The translations under genes were made by a program, and so were the position numbers. A model generated the notes under the pieces. That model made no database searches. It was not told the DNA's origin and was given only the letters and a program-made list of their open reading frames with translations. This document shows positions 59,860 to 64,000 of a DNA stretch of 64,000 bases, in pieces (the stretch's first letter is position 1; the number at the start of each line of letters is the position of its first letter). The DNA lies in contig OY762897.2 in the NCBI GenBank assembly GCA_963666515.2, positions 2,496,001 to 2,560,000 on the forward strand. Reading direction: 5' to 3'. This stretch comes from Candidatus Binatia bacterium (GTDB taxonomy: Bacteria; Desulfobacterota; Binatia; UBA9968; JAJDTQ01).

Positions 59860-60255
59860 ATGTTGATCAACACATCAGCGCGTAGCCCGAACCGCGAACG
59901 GGTCCGGCATATCAAGGAGGCCTTGCGCGCAGCGCTGAGCCTTCCCGACGGCACGACGGTTACGGTCACCGAGCTGGCATGTCTCGAAGAGGGCTGTCCG
60001 CCCATCGAGACCGTGGTTGCTCTGCTTCGGCCCGATGCCCCGCCGCTGCAACACAAGCTTCACAAAACCACGGACGCCGTTGACGCCGAAGACCTGGTCC
60101 AGGTCTGCAAGGCGTGGGGGTTCGACGTCCAGCTTCCCATACTCGCACCTCTGCTCCAGGAGAACCAGATATGGACACGCCACAAAAAATACCTGTTTCC
60201 ATCCTCACCGGCTTCCTCGGCTCCGGCAAGACGACCCTGCTCAACCGGATCCTGA
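59860..60255 (+). CDS. Small protein with CxxxxCPP motif (putative metal-binding)
   Basis: ELACLEEGCPPIETV...HK motif; 3' end overlaps next gene by 85 nt. Confidence 0.7.
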   Translation: MLINTSARSPNRERVRHIKEALRAALSLPDGTTVTVTELACLEEGCPPIETVVALLRPDAPPLQHKLHKTTDAVDAEDLVQVCKAWGFDVQLPILAPLLQENQIWTRHKKYLFPSSPASSAPARRPCSTGS

Positions 60256-61517
60256 GCGAGGAGCACGGCAAGCGCATTGCGGTGATCGAGAACGAGTACG
60301 GGGAGATCGGCATCGATCAGGCACTCGTCATCGACGCTGACGAGGAGGTCTTCGAGATGTCGAACGGCTGCATCTGCTGCACGGTGCGCGGAGACCTGAT
60401 CCGCGTGCTCGGCAATCTCATGAAGCGCCGCGACAAGTTCGATTACGTGTTGGTGGAGACCACGGGGCTCGCCGATCCCGGCCCAGTGGCTCAGACCTTC
60501 TTCATGGACGACGAGATTCGCGCGGAGTTTTCGCTTGACGGGATCGTCACCCTCGTCGATGCCGCCCACATCGAGCAGCAGCTCGGGCGAAGCGACGAGA
60601 GCACGGAGCAAGTCGCGTTCGCGGACGTCCTCGTTCTGAACAAGACGGACCTCGTCAGCGACGAGGCACTGGACAGGCTCGAAGCTCGGCTCCGGGACAT
60701 GAACCGAATGGCGCGAGTCGTGCGCACCGAGCGGGCCAACGTCCCCGTCGACACCGTACTCAACCTCGGCGCCTTCGACCTGGACCAGGTGCTCGAGCGT
60801 CGTCCCACCTTCCTCGAGCCGGAGTATCCGTTCGAATGGACGGGAGTCTATGCGCTCGATGTCGGCCGCTACGAACTCAGCCTCGCCGATGGACCGGATC
60901 CGGCGATGTCGCTCGTCGTCGTGTCCGGCCAGGCCACGGATGACGCGGCCCTCCGTGAGAGTGCGGAGTGGTGTGTGCGGCGTTACGCCGAACCTGCGGA
61001 GATCGTTCGCCCGGGGGAAAGGATTCCTGTCGGTAAGCATGTGAACCTCCCGCTCGATTCCCCGGGGCGAAAGTCGTTCTTCCTGGAGGTCGATACGCCG
61101 GTGCGGGTTGGCCTCTACACCCAGCACACCGCGGAAGAGTTCGATCTCCAACTGATGAACGCGGAAGGAGCGCCCATCAGGCAAAAGATCGAGCGCACCT
61201 GGGTCGCACAGCACGAACACGACGACGAGGTGGGCTCGATGGCGATCGAGCTGGCCGGCGACGTCGATCCCGAAAAGCTCAACGCCTGGCTTGGCGAACT
61301 GCTCCGTGAGCGCGGAGTGGACATCTTCCGAATGAAGGGCTTCATCAGCCTCGCGGGTGAGTCGCGTCGCTTCGTCTTCCAGGGGGTTCACATGCTCTTT
61401 GACGGACAGCCGGATCAGCCGTGGGGCGACGCGCTCCGGCGTAATCAACTCGTCTTCATCGGCCGCAACCTCGATGAGCAAGGCATGCGGCAGGGGTTCG
61501 AAGCATGTCTGGTTTGA
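60171..61517 (+). CDS. COG0523/CobW family metallochaperone GTPase
   Basis: GFLGSGKTT, ENEYG, GCICC, ETTG, NKTD, C-terminal FRMKG...QGVH...LVFIG. Confidence 0.95.
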   Translation: MDTPQKIPVSILTGFLGSGKTTLLNRILSEEHGKRIAVIENEYGEIGIDQALVIDADEEVFEMSNGCICCTVRGDLIRVLGNLMKRRDKFDYVLVETTGLADPGPVAQTFFMDDEIRAEFSLDGIVTLVDAAHIEQQLGRSDESTEQVAFADVLVLNKTDLVSDEALDRLEARLRDMNRMARVVRTERANVPVDTVLNLGAFDLDQVLERRPTFLEPEYPFEWTGVYALDVGRYELSLADGPDPAMSLVVVSGQATDDAALRESAEWCVRRYAEPAEIVRPGERIPVGKHVNLPLDSPGRKSFFLEVDTPVRVGLYTQHTAEEFDLQLMNAEGAPIRQKIERTWVAQHEHDDEVGSMAIELAGDVDPEKLNAWLGELLRERGVDIFRMKGFISLAGESRRFVFQGVHMLFDGQPDQPWGDALRRNQLVFIGRNLDEQGMRQGFEACLV

Positions 61518-61538
61518 GTGTCGACAGGAGGAGTCCGC

Positions 61539-62672
61539 ATGACCGGCACCGAGAGCAGTGAAATCGTTCATGACGTAGCAGTCGTCGGCGCCGGCGCCGC
61601 AGGCGTGGGTGTCGCGGTGGCTCTCAAGTATGCCGGCATCGAGAACTTCGTCGTTCTCGATCGTCACACGGTCGGCGCATCGTTCGCCTCATGGCCGGCC
61701 GAGACTCGCTTCATCACGCCCTCGTACCCAACCAATTCGATTGGCATGCTCGATTTGAACTCGGTCGTGATCGGCACTTCACCCGCGTTCAGTTTGGGGG
61801 TCGAGCATCCGACGGGTAAAGAGTACGCGATGTATTTGCGTGCGGTCGCACAATTCTTTGAGCTACCTGTACGCCAGGATACCGACGTGAGGCGGGTAGC
61901 AAGGGTTGGCGACGGCTTTCGCATCGACACGGCCGACGAAACCTTGCAAGCCAGGCACGTCATTTGGGCCGTTGGCGAGTTCCAATACCCACGCTTGGAT
62001 GGGCTGGTTGGCAGCCAATTGTGTCGCCACACCGCGACCATCGCCAGCTATGAAGAGCTTGACGGGGACGACTTCATCGTGGTGGGCGGCTACGAAAGTG
62101 GTATCGACGTGGCCTACCATTTGGCGTGTCGCGACAAACGAGTGCGGTTGTTCGACAAGCGTTGCCCGTGGAAGAACGAGAGTTCCGATCCCAGTCTCGC
62201 GCTTTCCCCGTTTACGCTCCAACGGATGCGTGAAGACCGATTCGTTGAGCAAGTGGAACTGTTTCCGCACACACCTGTCGATTCGGTCACTCGCGTGGAC
62301 GCCATGTATGAAGTCACGGCTCGGGACGGGCATCGGTTTCAAACCTGCGTGCCGCCGCTGTTGGCAGGCGGATTCGAGGGGGGTCACAAGTTGGTCGCGG
62401 ATTTGTTTGAACGACGCGACGATGGCTCTCCACTTCTGAGCGAACACGATGAATCGACCCTCGTACCGGGAGTGTTTCTCTGCGGCCCCACGGTTCGCCA
62501 CGACAAACACGTCTTCTGCTTCATCTTCAAATATCGCCAACGATTCGCCGTTGTCGCCAAAGCGATTGCGACCTCGTTGGGATTGCCGGCGGAAGAGATG
62601 GAAGAGTACTACCGCAATTGGGGCATGTATCTCGATGACCTCTCCCGCTGTGGGGAGGAGTGCGTATGTTGA
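61539..62672 (+). CDS. NAD(P)/FAD-dependent oxidoreductase with Cys-rich tail
   Basis: GAGAAG FAD motif, second GGYESG motif, FCFIFKYRQRF, C-terminal CGEECVC. Confidence 0.88.
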   Translation: MTGTESSEIVHDVAVVGAGAAGVGVAVALKYAGIENFVVLDRHTVGASFASWPAETRFITPSYPTNSIGMLDLNSVVIGTSPAFSLGVEHPTGKEYAMYLRAVAQFFELPVRQDTDVRRVARVGDGFRIDTADETLQARHVIWAVGEFQYPRLDGLVGSQLCRHTATIASYEELDGDDFIVVGGYESGIDVAYHLACRDKRVRLFDKRCPWKNESSDPSLALSPFTLQRMREDRFVEQVELFPHTPVDSVTRVDAMYEVTARDGHRFQTCVPPLLAGGFEGGHKLVADLFERRDDGSPLLSEHDESTLVPGVFLCGPTVRHDKHVFCFIFKYRQRFAVVAKAIATSLGLPAEEMEEYYRNWGMYLDDLSRCGEECVC

Positions 62673-62893
62673 CGGGAAACGACGAAGGGGCCGTCGCGTC
62701 CGGCGCGGGGCGAAGCCGACTGGCCAGGGTGCGAAGCATCGAATGGCTCGGACAAACGGCTGCCAGCGTTTGCTGGATTGGCAGCATGCTGACTTACGGG
62801 GTCCGATCCGGTGGGGATTGGTTGCAGTTGCTTGCTGCGTCCGCATGGCTGTTGGCCAACATCGTAGCGATTGCGACCGCCGAGGCTGATTGA
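62666..62893 (+). CDS. Small two-TM membrane protein
   Basis: Fills the gap exactly, overlapping the upstream stop; two hydrophobic Trp-containing helices. Confidence 0.65.
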   Translation: MLTGNDEGAVASGAGRSRLARVRSIEWLGQTAASVCWIGSMLTYGVRSGGDWLQLLAASAWLLANIVAIATAEAD

Positions 62894-62894
62894 G

Positions 62895-63947
62895 ATGTCG
62901 GCAGCACTTCAAGATGTCGACACCCCAAGGGGTGTTCTTCGCCGGGGCTGGTCCGCGGCGGTCGGCGACTACGCCATCGCCGGGGGCTGGATCCTCCGCG
63001 GTGAGGCCCTGGTGGTCGGTGACGCCGCGGGTGGCGTCTACGCGTTCGATGGCAAGTCCGGCGAAAGCGCCTGGACGCGGCAGGGGGCTCATGACGGCGG
63101 CGTGCTTGCAATGGCGACCCACCCAAGCGGAACCGCGTTCGCTACGGCCGGCCAGGACGGACGAGTCCTTGTCTGGGGTGTCGCCGAAGGTCAGGTAGAA
63201 CAGGCCATCGACGTCGGCAGCGGTTGGGTGGAAAACGTGGCGTGGTCGCCGGACGGCCAATGGCTGGCGGCCTCCTGCTCCCGGCAAGTTCGCGCGTATG
63301 GTGCGGACGGCGGAGAAGTCTGGCGATCCGATGATCATCCCAGCACCGTCAGCGCCATCGCCTGGTCCAGCGCGGGGGAGCTGGCGACGGCCTGTTACTG
63401 TCGAGTGACGTTCTTCGACGTGTCCACCGGGGAGCTTCGCCAGAAGCTGGAGTGGCAGGGCTCCCTGGTGTCGATGGTACTGAGCCCGGACGGGGATATC
63501 GTGGCCTGCGGCAGCCAGGACAACTCGGTGCACTTCTGGCGTCGCTCCACGGAGCAGGACTCCATGATGTCCGGATATCCTGCCAAACCGTCGGCCCTGG
63601 CCTTCGATGACACGGCCACCCTCCTGGCCACCGGCGGAGGCGACGCGGTGACGGTCTGGAGCTTCCGGGGTAGTGGTCCCGAAGGCACGCGGCCCGGCGT
63701 TCTGAAGCGTCATGCTCAACCTGTCACAACCCTCGCCTTCGCTCCCCGCGGGATGCGCCTGGCCTCGGCAGCACGGGATGGCGCCGTAGTGGTGTGGTCG
63801 CTCAAGAGGAATGGAAAAGGCCGTCGTATCGGGTCCGCGGTTTTGGCGGACATAGGGGCGGGACTGTACTGGCGGCCAGACGGACGCGCGCTTGCCGCGC
63901 TCGACGCCCAGGGTGGCGTGACGGTTTGGCGGACAGGATCAACATAG
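62895..63947 (+). CDS. WD40 repeat beta-propeller protein
   Basis: Repeats ATAGQDGRVLVW, WSPDG, CGSQDNSVHFW, ASAARDGAVVVW. Confidence 0.92.
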   Translation: MSAALQDVDTPRGVLRRGWSAAVGDYAIAGGWILRGEALVVGDAAGGVYAFDGKSGESAWTRQGAHDGGVLAMATHPSGTAFATAGQDGRVLVWGVAEGQVEQAIDVGSGWVENVAWSPDGQWLAASCSRQVRAYGADGGEVWRSDDHPSTVSAIAWSSAGELATACYCRVTFFDVSTGELRQKLEWQGSLVSMVLSPDGDIVACGSQDNSVHFWRRSTEQDSMMSGYPAKPSALAFDDTATLLATGGGDAVTVWSFRGSGPEGTRPGVLKRHAQPVTTLAFAPRGMRLASAARDGAVVVWSLKRNGKGRRIGSAVLADIGAGLYWRPDGRALAALDAQGGVTVWRTGST

Positions 63948-64000
63948 GCCCGAGTTGCCCGCGCACGCACGTACTGTGTCCACGCCGACCCCGCCATCCT

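Noticed and set aside
59860-60255. Calling the CxxxxCPP protein a nitrate reductase subunit
   Set aside because: No molybdoenzyme features and no nar/nap context; the context points to metal homeostasis

Overview
GC-rich bacterial chromosomal window with deltaproteobacterial-type gene order (inference from synteny: ccsA-hemA-hemC-hemD-hemB and DUF465-ilvB-ilvN-ilvC-psd-pssA-leuA-leuB-asd-truA-leuC-leuD). It also holds a GldA/GldFG/DUF4340 ABC system, a lexA-imuA-imuB-dnaE2 mutagenesis cassette, and a ~21 kb uncharacterised catabolic region (enolase-superfamily enzyme, 2-hydroxyacid dehydrogenase, crotonase, fused CoA-transferase, citryl-CoA lyase, hydantoinase/carboxylase A and B-gamma fusion, SDR, UbiD, tripartite tricarboxylate transporter, LLM). 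Five toxin-antitoxin loci are scattered through it, two with a deleted toxin. The right end is a metal-limitation operon (Zn/Mn ABC, COG0523 GTPase, Cys-tailed flavoprotein, WD40 protein, small ORFs). Several REP families are present; I saw no tRNA, rRNA, CRISPR array or intact transposase. Strongest candidates for new biology: (1) a sigma70 promoter and Leu-codon-rich segment hidden in the 3' end of pssA, ahead of a terminator abutting the leuA RBS (candidate intragenic leucine attenuator); (2) the metal operon and its perfect 11-2-11 operator; (3) a candidate new LexA box AGAC-N4-GTCT; (4) a nested REP doublet translated in frame inside ImuB. All family assignments come from motif recognition by eye, not from database searches.
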